From a virus (lineage: Duplodnaviria > Caudoviricetes), in IMG/VR virus record IMGVR_UViG_3300047552_000486, positions 1 to 52,276 of that record: a stretch of 52,276 nucleotides of DNA. One strand, 5' to 3'. Below are positions 1-8,479 of this stretch, one piece after another. A model generated the notes under the pieces. It was not told the origin of the DNA. It searched no databases and saw nothing but the letters and a program-made list of their open reading frames with translations. The translations under genes and the position numbers were made by a program. The stretch's first letter is position 1; each line of letters opens with the position of its first letter.

Positions 1-2
1 TT

Positions 3-1880
3 TGTTACTGTGTACTTACCTGGAGCAGCACCGTCACTGCCTTTGAGAATGAACTCAACAGCAGTACCACTACCAGCAGGAATAGCAGCAACTACAGTAG
101 CCGCAGTTGATGTGGTCGTAACCGTCGCACCACTGATAACGGCAGCACTGTTAGCGCCTACTGTTACCGTAGTGTTAGCAACAACAGCACCGCCAGTTAC
201 TGTACCAGCAGCAGTTACAGCGCCGTTAGCCGCATAGTTCTGCGCTCTCATACTTGCTAGAGTAGCAAAGTCAACTGTTGTACCGGGTTCAGTTGCTGTA
301 TCGTACAACTTCCATACACCGTCACTAGCGTCACGTGCGATACCAGCAAACATCTGTGTACTAGATCCATTGACGTATCTACCAACAATACCTAGGTCTT
401 GTAGGTCGGCTGGGTTGCCTTCGCCAAGCACTAATAACGGGTCACTTAGTTTTGTGTTCTCTACGTCCAGGTACACTAAGTTGCCACTAACAGTCAAGTT
501 ACCGTCAATGTTTGTGTCACCGGTGATGTTAGCACCTCCGGCTGCTACGTTTAAGAAGTTACCGACTAGCAAGTTAGCGCTGATATTAGCCCAGCCGCTA
601 GCAATAGTCAAGTTACCGGCCGTAATGTCTACGTTACCCGCTGTGACTTCTGCTCCGCCGCTAGACACTGTTAGTTTGTCGCCGACTGTTAGCGTGTTAG
701 AGATGTTGCCTAAACCAGTGACTAGTAGTGTGCCAGTGACATTAGCACCGCCACTTGTTACCGTCACGCCTGTGCCGACTACCAAGTTTGCTGTTACGTT
801 GCCGTCACCAGTGATAAGCACGTTACCAGTGATGTTAGCACCGCCGCTTGTTACCGTTACGATGTTACCGAATGTACCACTGCCAGTTACGTTACTATCG
901 CCGTCGATGAGCACGTTGCCAGTGATATTGGCGCCGTTTGCTAGAACTGTTAGCTGACCACCTAGACCTAGTGTTGATGTGATGTTAGCGATACCATCAA
1001 TCATTACACTACCAGTAATGTTAGCGCCGTTTGCTGTTACAGTTAGTTTGTCGCCCACGTCTAATGTTGATGTAACATTACCTGTGCCGGTGATGAGTAC
1101 GTTGCCAGTGATGTTAGCACCACCAGTTGTTACTGTTAGTGCGTTACCAACTGTTACTGAGTTAGTGATGTTAGCTACGTCAGCGGAGATGTTACCAACT
1201 AGAGTTAGACCTGTGCTGTCTAGTGTTGCTACGTTATTGCCGTTGACGTTAGAAGTAATCTGACCGTTTGCAGTAGCAATACCAATAAATGTTTCGCCGT
1301 TAGCAATACGAGAAGCGTCAACTTGTGCCCATGTGAGGTTGCCGTTGCCGTCTGTCTTCAAGAAGTCATTAGTGTTGCCGCCAGGAATGTGTATGTTAGC
1401 AATGTTTGAGAATGTAACGTTAGCACCAACAACAGATAAGTTTGAGATTTCTACGTTACCGTTGAAGTCAACGTTGCCGTTGTTTTGACTAATACCACCG
1501 TCGAAGTTTACACCTGTATCAGTAAAGATAGCAATGTTAGCATTGCCGCCTACACTTACTCGTACACTTGAGTTAGCATCGATAGATACGTTTGAGTTGC
1601 CGTTTGCTAATGAGTCGCTGCTTACTGTTGCCCAGCTTAGATTACCGTTACCATCTGTCTTCAAAAACTGAGCGTTTGTGCCGCCGTTGATGTAGATTTT
1701 TGAAATGTTGCCGAGACGAACATCTGGTCCGTTGAACAATACGTTACCGCTGCCAGTGAACTCAACGTTACCGTTAGCCGTAAGCGCCGCTGCCGTAATG
1801 TTTGCGTTGCTGTCGATTACGTCAGTAGCGATGGTCCCTACTGATAGTCCCTTAGCAACATTGAATGATTTTAATGCCAT
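3..1880 (-). CDS. Tail-fibre/virion fibre-like protein, 3' end runs off the left edge (>=626 aa; not in the ORF track)
   Basis: Manual translation from ATG at 1880 (AAGGA SD upstream): MALKSFNVAKGLSVG...FLKTDGNGNLSW...FLKTDGNGNLTW...GGANITGNVLI repeats...LVYLDVENTKLSDPLLVLG...FAGIARDASDGVWKLY. No stop found before position 3. Rich in G/N/T/V, as in trimeric beta-structured fibres. Confidence 0.8.
   Translation of the reverse strand, partial: MALKSFNVAKGLSVGTIATDVIDSNANITAAALTANGNVEFTGSGNVLFNGPDVRLGNISKIYINGGTNAQFLKTDGNGNLSWATVSSDSLANGNSNVSIDANSSVRVSVGGNANIAIFTDTGVNFDGGISQNNGNVDFNGNVEISNLSVVGANVTFSNIANIHIPGGNTNDFLKTDGNGNLTWAQVDASRIANGETFIGIATANGQITSNVNGNNVATLDSTGLTLVGNISADVANITNSVTVGNALTVTTGGANITGNVLITGTGNVTSTLDVGDKLTVTANGANITGSVMIDGIANITSTLGLGGQLTVLANGANITGNVLIDGDSNVTGSGTFGNIVTVTSGGANITGNVLITGDGNVTANLVVGTGVTVTSGGANVTGTLLVTGLGNISNTLTVGDKLTVSSGGAEVTAGNVDITAGNLTIASGWANISANLLVGNFLNVAAGGANITGDTNIDGNLTVSGNLVYLDVENTKLSDPLLVLGEGNPADLQDLGIVGRYVNGSSTQMFAGIARDASDGVWKLYDTATEPGTTVDFATLASMRAQNYAANGAVTAAGTVTGGAVVANTTVTVGANSAAVISGATVTTTSTAATVVAAIPAGSGTAVEFILKGSDGAAPGKYTVT
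700..1150 (-). repeat. Five degenerate 93-nt (31-aa) tandem coding repeats, TV..(G/N)GAN(I/V)TG
   Basis: ccagt(g/a)a(t/c)(g/a)tt(a/g)gc cores start at 733, 826, 919, 1012 and 1105, an exact 93-nt period. A further copy lies near 520. Confidence 0.85.
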
Positions 1881-1893
1881 GATTTATTTCCTT

Positions 1894-2946
1894 TTATTGG
1901 TAGAGAGTCACTACTAGTCGGTAGTCCACCCGATTAGCAGAACTTGGTGTAGCGATTACTCTTACGAGACCGCCCGATTGGTCCATGTAGAATGAGGCCA
2001 TTTCTGTGCCGATAACAACATTTCCGTATTGACTATAGGATGTATTAGTGTCTTTTGTTACGCTCAACATCTTAGTAATCTGTTTTGATGTGCCGTCATC
2101 GGCCGTTATGTGAACATCAATACTACTAACTGTATTAGCAGCAGTGAATAACACTGTTGGGTTGGTAGTCATCGTTACTGCGTCTAACCATCTGTTAGTT
2201 GAGATAGTTGTAGTAGAGTTGCCTAGAATGAAGTTATTACTAGTGAATACGTTAGCAATAGCACCAGCATCAGTAACCGTCATCACGTTAGCGTTGCCGC
2301 CCACTGTGAAGTTTACGTTTGAATTAGTTTCGATTGATACCGTACTAGAACCGTCATTGATGTTGTTGCTGCCGCCAGCTACAGAAATCGATGTCCACGT
2401 TACGTTGCCGTTACCGTCAGTGCGCAGAATGTCGCCGCTAGTGCCGCCTAAGATGACCAAGTTAGCCACTTGACCGAGATTAGCAACGTTACCTACCTGT
2501 AGATTAGCCGTCTTTAGCCAACCATTGAGTTGTAGGGTATCGCTGTCACTCCAGTATTTGAAGTCACTATCAGCGCTGAACTTGCCATCTCTATAGAACT
2601 GCACATCACCTATGGCGCCAGCTACGTTATTGACTGATATATTTTGGGTAACTCGCTGAATTACCGGAGCTACGCTTGTATCTACAGTAGTGGTGGCCGC
2701 GCTTGGAGACACGGTGGCCGCCCGAGGAACTGCGATTGTAATGGGTGCTGACACCGGAGCAACTACCGCTGTGGTGGCGCTTCCTACGAGTCCCTGTGCG
2801 GATACTGTGGTACTAGCAACTGCGCGAACTGCTACTGTCGGCGTTAATGAGACTCCAGAATCTACGGCAACTTGACCACGCCCAGTTATTGGGGTAGTAG
2901 ACGCGATTTGAGGGCTATCGATTGCTGGTGCTTGGGGTCTTGCCAT
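1894..2946 (-). CDS. Fibre-related virion protein, paralogous to the downstream gene
   Basis: Shares GG.....L(R/K)TDGNGN..W and VSI..NS.V...VGGNAN motifs with the 1880 gene, and has an A/T/V/P-rich N-terminal linker. Start moved from 2988 to ATG 2946 because the late motif lies at 2966-2973. Confidence 0.7.
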   Translation of the reverse strand: MARPQAPAIDSPQIASTTPITGRGQVAVDSGVSLTPTVAVRAVASTTVSAQGLVGSATTAVVAPVSAPITIAVPRAATVSPSAATTTVDTSVAPVIQRVTQNISVNNVAGAIGDVQFYRDGKFSADSDFKYWSDSDTLQLNGWLKTANLQVGNVANLGQVANLVILGGTSGDILRTDGNGNVTWTSISVAGGSNNINDGSSTVSIETNSNVNFTVGGNANVMTVTDAGAIANVFTSNNFILGNSTTTISTNRWLDAVTMTTNPTVLFTAANTVSSIDVHITADDGTSKQITKMLSVTKDTNTSYSQYGNVVIGTEMASFYMDQSGGLVRVIATPSSANRVDYRLVVTLYQ

Positions 2947-2965
2947 ATTATATTTCTTATTATTG

Positions 2966-2973
2966 TATTTATC
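2966..2973 (-). promoter_or_regulatory. T4-type late promoter GATAAATA
   Basis: Close to the T4 late consensus TATAAATA and directly upstream of the fibre genes. Confidence 0.7.
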
Positions 2974-3004
2974 TTGCTGGCGATCCATTTTGCTTGTGTG
3001 CCAC

Positions 3005-3033
3005 TTGACAAAAGTGTAGACATGTGATATACT
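3005..3033 (+). promoter_or_regulatory. sigma70 early promoter TTGACA-17-TATACT with extended -10 TG
   Basis: TTGACA 3005-3010, 17-nt spacer ending in TGA, TATACT 3028-3033. Confidence 0.85.
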
Positions 3034-3063
3034 GTGAGCTTATTAACTATATAGGAAAGCCGC

Positions 3064-3597
3064 GTGGTCAAATCTAGATACAATAACTTCGCTGAATACG
3101 AACTCAAGGATGCTAACTTCCTAATCAAGGTACTCAAAGATGAGTTATACAAGACTCAGGCAAAGATTGAGTTCAAGGATGGCAGTACCTACCATGTAAC
3201 TAAATCAGGTAGTAGATATTGGGAGAAGAATAAACAGATGCATCGCGAGGATGGACCATCAAGCTCATATATGTGGAGCGGCGAGGTCCGCAATAGATAC
3301 TATTTGTTCTCAGTTCACTTTGAAGATGTCGAGGATCACACGAATGCTGTTGTTCGACTCAATGAACTTAGAACTCTGACTGATGGCAAGATTGAAGGCA
3401 TCGTGGAAGAGATTACTAAGAATATCAGTTACGACCAAAGAGGTGCCATTTGGCGCACTCTTCTCAGTGGCAAAAACGATGATCAGGTATTACTCGACAT
3501 CACTGCCCTGTCTCAGGAGTACGTCAGACTAACTAAGTTGTCCACTGATTTTGTGTCTAAGTACTCTACATTGCCCGAGTCTGTCGATCAGCCTTAA
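3064..3597 (+). CDS. Early hypothetical protein with an HREDGP motif
   Basis: 177 aa, GTG start, AGGA SD, downstream of the sigma70 promoter. YWEKNKQMHREDGP resembles the HRxDGPA motif common in large-virus hypothetical proteins. Confidence 0.7.
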   Translation: MVKSRYNNFAEYELKDANFLIKVLKDELYKTQAKIEFKDGSTYHVTKSGSRYWEKNKQMHREDGPSSSYMWSGEVRNRYYLFSVHFEDVEDHTNAVVRLNELRTLTDGKIEGIVEEITKNISYDQRGAIWRTLLSGKNDDQVLLDITALSQEYVRLTKLSTDFVSKYSTLPESVDQP

Positions 3598-3610
3598 TAA
3601 ATATCCGACA

Positions 3611-5311
3611 ATGAAGCAAAAAATATTAGATATTATCTCCCAGAAGCCAAAGCGATTCACATTCATCATTGCGCGTGATGCGTCTCTACTAGACTGGGTA
3701 ATGAATAACTCAATCATTGACCCAGCGTCTCCGCTTGTGCAACACGTATACAGTGCTCTACATAACAGCACTAATGTATGTCCCCACGGCGGGGTCAAAG
3801 GACTACGTAATATTACTCTAGGATGGTCTACTGGTTGTGGTCCAGCTGGCAAATGCAAATGTACTCGTGCCGCGGTAAGTGCATCGGTAAGTGCCAATAA
3901 ACAGGCTAGGTCCAAAGAGGACATCAAAGCAGAGAACAAAAAACGTGAAGCTACTAATCTAAAGACGCATGGCGTCAAGAATACTGGACAAACTAAACAG
4001 GCCAAAGCTAATCACGCTGCGTTCTACGCTGATCCCACTAGTGCGGCAGCAGCTGTAGTAAAGCAGCAGGCAACAATGACTCTGTTATACGGACAAGATA
4101 ACCCAATGAAGGTTACTCAGTTTAAAGATGCCGCCATCGCGACAAGTATACAACGCTATGGCGTAGCTAACCCTATGCAGAATAGCACAATATCGGCGCT
4201 GTCTGCTACAAACCGTAGTATCAACTTTAATAGCAGCGAGTCGATCAAAAAGAACTTCCCCAGCTTCGTCGAGATGTTAAAGAGTTCGTATAACGTTGAG
4301 CCGCTGATGACCGCTGACGAATATATCGGTGTTGGCACCCGGCCGTTCATCAACTTCAAGTGTTGTGATTGTGGTCACACGTTCGTAAAGCGTATGGACT
4401 ATAACGAGACCACTGCACCTTATTGTAAAGTATGTAATCCCTCTGAGAAGTCTTTTTGCTCTAAAGAAGAACAATCTGTGGCAGAATTCATCAAAGAGCA
4501 CTACACTGGCAAGATGGTGATTGGTGACAGAAGTGTGATTAATCCGTTCCAGCTAGATATCTATTTACCAGATTTGAATCTAGCTATCGAATATTGTGGG
4601 TTGTACTGGCACAGTGAGAATGGCGGGGCATCAAAGAAGTTCAGCTATCATCGCATCAAGTACGAGTTAGCGGCCAGCAAAGGCATCCGTTTGATTACGC
4701 TATACAGTGATGAATGGTTACAAAAGCAGGACATTGTTAAAGATAAGCTACTGGCGATTATTGGTGTCACCAAATTAGCGAATATCGGTGCAAGACAGTG
4801 TACAGTCGCCAAAGTTGAACGTGGGGTCGCACGAGCCTTCTACGATGCGCATCACATTCAAGGGTCGTCGATGACAATTGGAGACACTTATGGGCTACAC
4901 CATAATGGTGAATTGGTCGCCGCCATGAGCTTTAAGCGCATTGATGTCGCGAACAATGTATACGAACTATCTAGATTTGCTACTAGATTAAATGTGCGAG
5001 GTGGTGCTAGTAAATTACTTAAACACTTTATCACGGTGTCTGATGCCAACAGTATCGTTAGTTTTGCTGACCTTCGTTGGAGCACGGGTGATATGTACTA
5101 TAAGTTAGGATTCACCAACGTCGGTGAAGTTCCACCAATGCAGTACTACGTTGAGAACTATACTACCAGATACCATAAGTTGAAGTTCAAAAACATCGTT
5201 AATGAGGGCGAAGATATCACCGAGTGGGGTAAGTTACAAAGTCTTGGTTATGACCGTATATGGGACTGCGGTAAGATCAAGTTTGCGTTAGATATCTCTC
5301 GTGATATTTAA
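3611..5311 (+). CDS. Hef/Vsr-like homing-endonuclease-type protein with Zn ribbon and C-terminal GNAT(Mom)-like domain
   Basis: Three (H/Y)GxxN repeats; Zn ribbon CCDC...CKVC; LDIYLPDLNLAIEYCGLYWHSE nuclease motif; C-terminal ELSRFA...GGASKLLKHF...IVSFADLRWS.GDMYYKLGF. Start set at ATG 3611, after AATAAATA at 3596-3603. Confidence 0.75.
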   Translation: MKQKILDIISQKPKRFTFIIARDASLLDWVMNNSIIDPASPLVQHVYSALHNSTNVCPHGGVKGLRNITLGWSTGCGPAGKCKCTRAAVSASVSANKQARSKEDIKAENKKREATNLKTHGVKNTGQTKQAKANHAAFYADPTSAAAAVVKQQATMTLLYGQDNPMKVTQFKDAAIATSIQRYGVANPMQNSTISALSATNRSINFNSSESIKKNFPSFVEMLKSSYNVEPLMTADEYIGVGTRPFINFKCCDCGHTFVKRMDYNETTAPYCKVCNPSEKSFCSKEEQSVAEFIKEHYTGKMVIGDRSVINPFQLDIYLPDLNLAIEYCGLYWHSENGGASKKFSYHRIKYELAASKGIRLITLYSDEWLQKQDIVKDKLLAIIGVTKLANIGARQCTVAKVERGVARAFYDAHHIQGSSMTIGDTYGLHHNGELVAAMSFKRIDVANNVYELSRFATRLNVRGGASKLLKHFITVSDANSIVSFADLRWSTGDMYYKLGFTNVGEVPPMQYYVENYTTRYHKLKFKNIVNEGEDITEWGKLQSLGYDRIWDCGKIKFALDISRDI

Positions 5312-5324
5312 ATAGCACAGCAAC

Positions 5325-5351
5325 AAAAAGGGAACCCGAAGGTTCCCTTTT
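5325..5351. terminator. Bidirectional intrinsic terminator, C(UUCG)G loop on the minus strand
   Basis: AAAAGGGAACC-CGAA-GGTTCCCTTTT between the converging endonuclease and capsid genes. Confidence 0.9.
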
Positions 5352-5357
5352 ATTTTT

Positions 5358-5375
5358 GAGAGACCGAAGTCTCTC
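5358..5375 (-). other. Second C(UUCG)G hairpin in the capsid gene 3' UTR
   Basis: GAGAGAC-TTCG-GTCTCTC on the minus strand, with no U-tract on that strand. Confidence 0.75.
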
Positions 5376-5412
5376 GTTCTTCCCATCCCTTTTGAGAATG
5401 AATACTTTAGTA

Positions 5413-6609
5413 TTACTGAAAAGTCACATTTTGAATTGCTACTTCGCCCAAGTAATCTGCTGCATTTCCGAAAGAAGATGCAGTGTTGGTCAATTCCAGG
5501 TAACCATATCGTGTCATGAAACTTACGACTGGTTCGAATGTAGCTGGATCTAATACAACACCACTACTCATCAATGGAATGTATGGGCAGTAGAACGCAG
5601 CAGCGTCAGTTTCGCTTGTGCCCTTGTAACCAACTAGCACTGATGTGCCAGTAGGAGCATAAGAGTCAACGAACACGCGCATGGCCGAATTGAGTGTTCC
5701 TACGAATTTAGTATTAGTTGGAGCCTCGAAGGTACCTTCTGTAGTACGAGCAAAAGCTGAAGTAGTTGCGGATTGCAGTACTGTTAGAGCCTCAGCAGAT
5801 ACAACAGCCCAGTTACCTGCGCCGCGACGAGTGCGTTGAGCGATCAAGTTAGCTGTACGGTTGATTAGAACTGCTAGAGCAGCGTGTTCGTCACCAACGA
5901 AAGTAGCTGTACCAGATACAGTAGCTTGGTTGTATGTGAACTCGGTTGCTGCTAGTGAACGTAGACTCAAGAGGATTTCTTGGTCGATTTCAGCAGTGAT
6001 TTCTTGGGCTAGAGCGGCCATGATTTCTGCTTCAACGTCAATACCATGTTGAGATTGTGCGTCTTGAGCAGCTTCGAATGTCCAACGAGCTTGCAACTTA
6101 CGTGACTTAGCTTCTACGGCTTGACGTAGGATCTGGACAGAGATAGCCTTACCGCCGTTGCCTTCTAGCTTAGCAGTGTTAGCACCTGTGTAACTACTAG
6201 TAGTTGTGTCACCACTTGCAGCTGTAGAGTATGCTTGAGCAATCTTGAATGGTGATAGTGCTTCTTCACCAGCTGTTACAGGAGTAGCAGCAGCAGAAGT
6301 GTCACCTAGTGTGTTAGCGTAACGCACACGTAGAGTGTGGATTTGGCCAACTGGGCCGGTCATTGGCTGAACGCCTACCAATTCGTTAGCGATAACGGTT
6401 GGCATGACACGACGGATAACTGGTAGAATTACGCGGTTTAGCGTAGCGATGTTACCAGCTGTAGTAGTACCGGCTGAACTTTCAGCTAGTAACTGCTTTT
6501 TAGTGTTTTCTAAAATAACACCCATTGATGAGCGCTTGGTGCCCTTGAGACCTTCTAGGAGGGCTTCTTTGGTTTCACCCCAACGGCTCTCTAATAGTAC
6601 TTTTGACAT
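5413..6609 (-). CDS. gp23: Major capsid protein (T4 gp23-like)
   Basis: VGVQPMTGPVGQI, AKSRKLQARWTFEAAQD, EIDQEIL, RRGAGN, FYCPYIPL and FMTRYG motifs. Confidence 0.97.
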   Translation of the reverse strand: MSKVLLESRWGETKEALLEGLKGTKRSSMGVILENTKKQLLAESSAGTTTAGNIATLNRVILPVIRRVMPTVIANELVGVQPMTGPVGQIHTLRVRYANTLGDTSAAATPVTAGEEALSPFKIAQAYSTAASGDTTTSSYTGANTAKLEGNGGKAISVQILRQAVEAKSRKLQARWTFEAAQDAQSQHGIDVEAEIMAALAQEITAEIDQEILLSLRSLAATEFTYNQATVSGTATFVGDEHAALAVLINRTANLIAQRTRRGAGNWAVVSAEALTVLQSATTSAFARTTEGTFEAPTNTKFVGTLNSAMRVFVDSYAPTGTSVLVGYKGTSETDAAAFYCPYIPLMSSGVVLDPATFEPVVSFMTRYGYLELTNTASSFGNAADYLGEVAIQNVTFQ

Positions 6610-6636
6610 GTGTTTCTCCTATAGTAGTATGTCGAT

Positions 6637-7737
6637 TTAAAGCCCTGCCAGACGTTTGATATCGATAACGTTATCACGTTCTTCGGTATCAACTTCAGTC
6701 TTAGTGGCAGATTTATCCCCAGTGATTGCAACACTCTCAGTAATTACAGCTTTTTTTGCTGGCGTTACTTGAGCTTGATTCAACACTGCTGGTAGATATT
6801 TATCAAAAGCGCCCTTTAGCTTTGGTGTCTGGACGCTCTCTAGTAAGTCCTTCATTACAGTTGCCTTCTCTTCGTTGAGGGTACCTAGCAATTCAGATAG
6901 GGTCTTCTCACGGAGATTAGATTCTTTAATGATGCGAACTTCACGTTCTTTACTTTCAACCAAGGTTCGAGCTTGACTGATTTGTTTCTTGGATTCGGCT
7001 AACTGCACTTCTTTGGCTGCTAGTTGAGCCATTAATTTGCGAGTTTCTGCTTTTTCGTTCAAGTGGGTTGCACTGAACTCTGCTGCAAATGCTTCAAATA
7101 GACGGGCACCAAATGCGTTTTGACGACTTGATTGAATGTCTTCTTTGAGAGCTACGATTTCACCCTTGAGTTGTTTAGTTACGATAGTGTTGATACGCTT
7201 AGCACTCTCAGTGATGAAGTTTTGCTTTAACTTTTCGAGTTGAGCTTTACCTTCAGCAACTAATTTTACTTTTGCTTCTACAACTGCGCGTTTATCAGTT
7301 TCAAACTCTTTGATTTCACGTGCTAATGCTTGTACAACGAATTGTTCTAGCTTGTCACGGGATTCATTTTGAATTTGGCGTTCTTTGCGCAGTTCTTTGA
7401 TTTCTTCGGATAATTTACTAACCATGAAGTCATTGAATTTTGCTGCACTCTCACGAAGTTTTTGCTTTGCTTGAACACGATCTTCACTCATTGCTACGCG
7501 CTCACTTTGGAACTCAGCGAGTTCTTCTGCGAGACCTTCAGTAACCATTTTATCCAACGCTTCCACGATTACGTTTTTATCGTGATCGTATTTACGTGAG
7601 AATTCTTCACGTAATTCAGCGCGGACGCTTTCTCGGGCTTCGTTTAGCTTGGTTTCCCAGGCTTCATTGATGGCTTGTGCAGTCTCGGTATTAACGATAC
7701 CACTTTCAAGCAACGTCTTAATGAATTTATCACTCAT
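6637..7737 (-). CDS. gp22: Prohead core/scaffold protein (gp22-like)
   Basis: E/K-rich coiled coil located between the protease and capsid genes, with many [LIV]xES motifs. Confidence 0.85.
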   Translation of the reverse strand: MSDKFIKTLLESGIVNTETAQAINEAWETKLNEARESVRAELREEFSRKYDHDKNVIVEALDKMVTEGLAEELAEFQSERVAMSEDRVQAKQKLRESAAKFNDFMVSKLSEEIKELRKERQIQNESRDKLEQFVVQALAREIKEFETDKRAVVEAKVKLVAEGKAQLEKLKQNFITESAKRINTIVTKQLKGEIVALKEDIQSSRQNAFGARLFEAFAAEFSATHLNEKAETRKLMAQLAAKEVQLAESKKQISQARTLVESKEREVRIIKESNLREKTLSELLGTLNEEKATVMKDLLESVQTPKLKGAFDKYLPAVLNQAQVTPAKKAVITESVAITGDKSATKTEVDTEERDNVIDIKRLAGL

Positions 7738-7750
7738 TAGATTTCCCCTT

Positions 7751-7758
7751 TATTTAAT
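7751..7758 (-). promoter_or_regulatory. Late promoter ATTAAATA
   Basis: Motif followed by an AAGGGG SD and the scaffold ATG. Confidence 0.55.
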
Positions 7759-7822
7759 TGCTCGTTTGACTCCGATGCGCCGAGTATTACGGACAAGTTC
7801 TTGTCCACCAATTTGGTCGAGT

Positions 7823-8464
7823 TCATTTGATTCTGAGCTCCTGAATCAAACGAGTTACTTCATCTTTTAAATATTTTTGAACTGCTGGTGATTTGCGGTC
7901 GCCTTTGAGTGCTTCGATTAGGTTATGGCCGTGCGGCATATTGATCAAGCCCTCGTAGATCGCCTTAGGATAGGCATTTGGTGCGCTTGGCTGCGCAACG
8001 ATGTCTACCGTCACAATCTCGAAGTCACTGACTTTGCCAGACATCTCATCAACATTGCCACTACCACGACTAGATACACCTAGCTTTACACCGGCGCCTA
8101 ACATCTTAGCGATAACGTCACCCATAGGTGTTGGCAAGATTTTTAATTTGCCCTGACCGGTTGAGCCGTCCATCCACATATCGGTAATTACATGACTAAC
8201 GCGATCTAAATTAATCTTTAGGTCTTCGGGGTGATCAATTTCGCCGAGCACAGAGTTGCCGTTTTTAATTTGCTCTCTGATTGTATTAACTGCTCGTTCA
8301 ATTTCATCCACTGGATAGACACGCTCATTAGCATTGCGAACACCGCCCTCGATAAAGATGCCCCTCATATAGAAGTTTTTACCCCCATCAGAATTTGATT
8401 CTGATTCAGTCACCATCCGACTCATGGATGGTGCTAGGTATTCTTGGAGTAGACGCTTATTCAT
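7823..8464 (-). CDS. gp21: Prohead maturation protease (gp21-like)
   Basis: RNANERVYP, GEIDHP (His), GVSSRGSG (Ser), DIVAQPSAPNA. ATG 8464 preferred over TTG 8479. Confidence 0.95.
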   Translation of the reverse strand: MNKRLLQEYLAPSMSRMVTESESNSDGGKNFYMRGIFIEGGVRNANERVYPVDEIERAVNTIREQIKNGNSVLGEIDHPEDLKINLDRVSHVITDMWMDGSTGQGKLKILPTPMGDVIAKMLGAGVKLGVSSRGSGNVDEMSGKVSDFEIVTVDIVAQPSAPNAYPKAIYEGLINMPHGHNLIEALKGDRKSPAVQKYLKDEVTRLIQELRIK

Positions 8465-8479
8465 TCTAGGGCTGTCCAA

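Noticed and set aside
10-2875. Plus-strand ORFs 10-237, 370-957, 979-1263, 1705-1917, 2144-2473 and 2690-2875
   Set aside because: Antisense shadows of the minus-strand fibre genes; the LP/ML-rich translations come from reverse-complemented Gly/Asn codons.
3551-3610. Track start 3551 for the endonuclease
   Set aside because: It overlaps the upstream gene and lies before the late promoter; ATG 3611 fits better.
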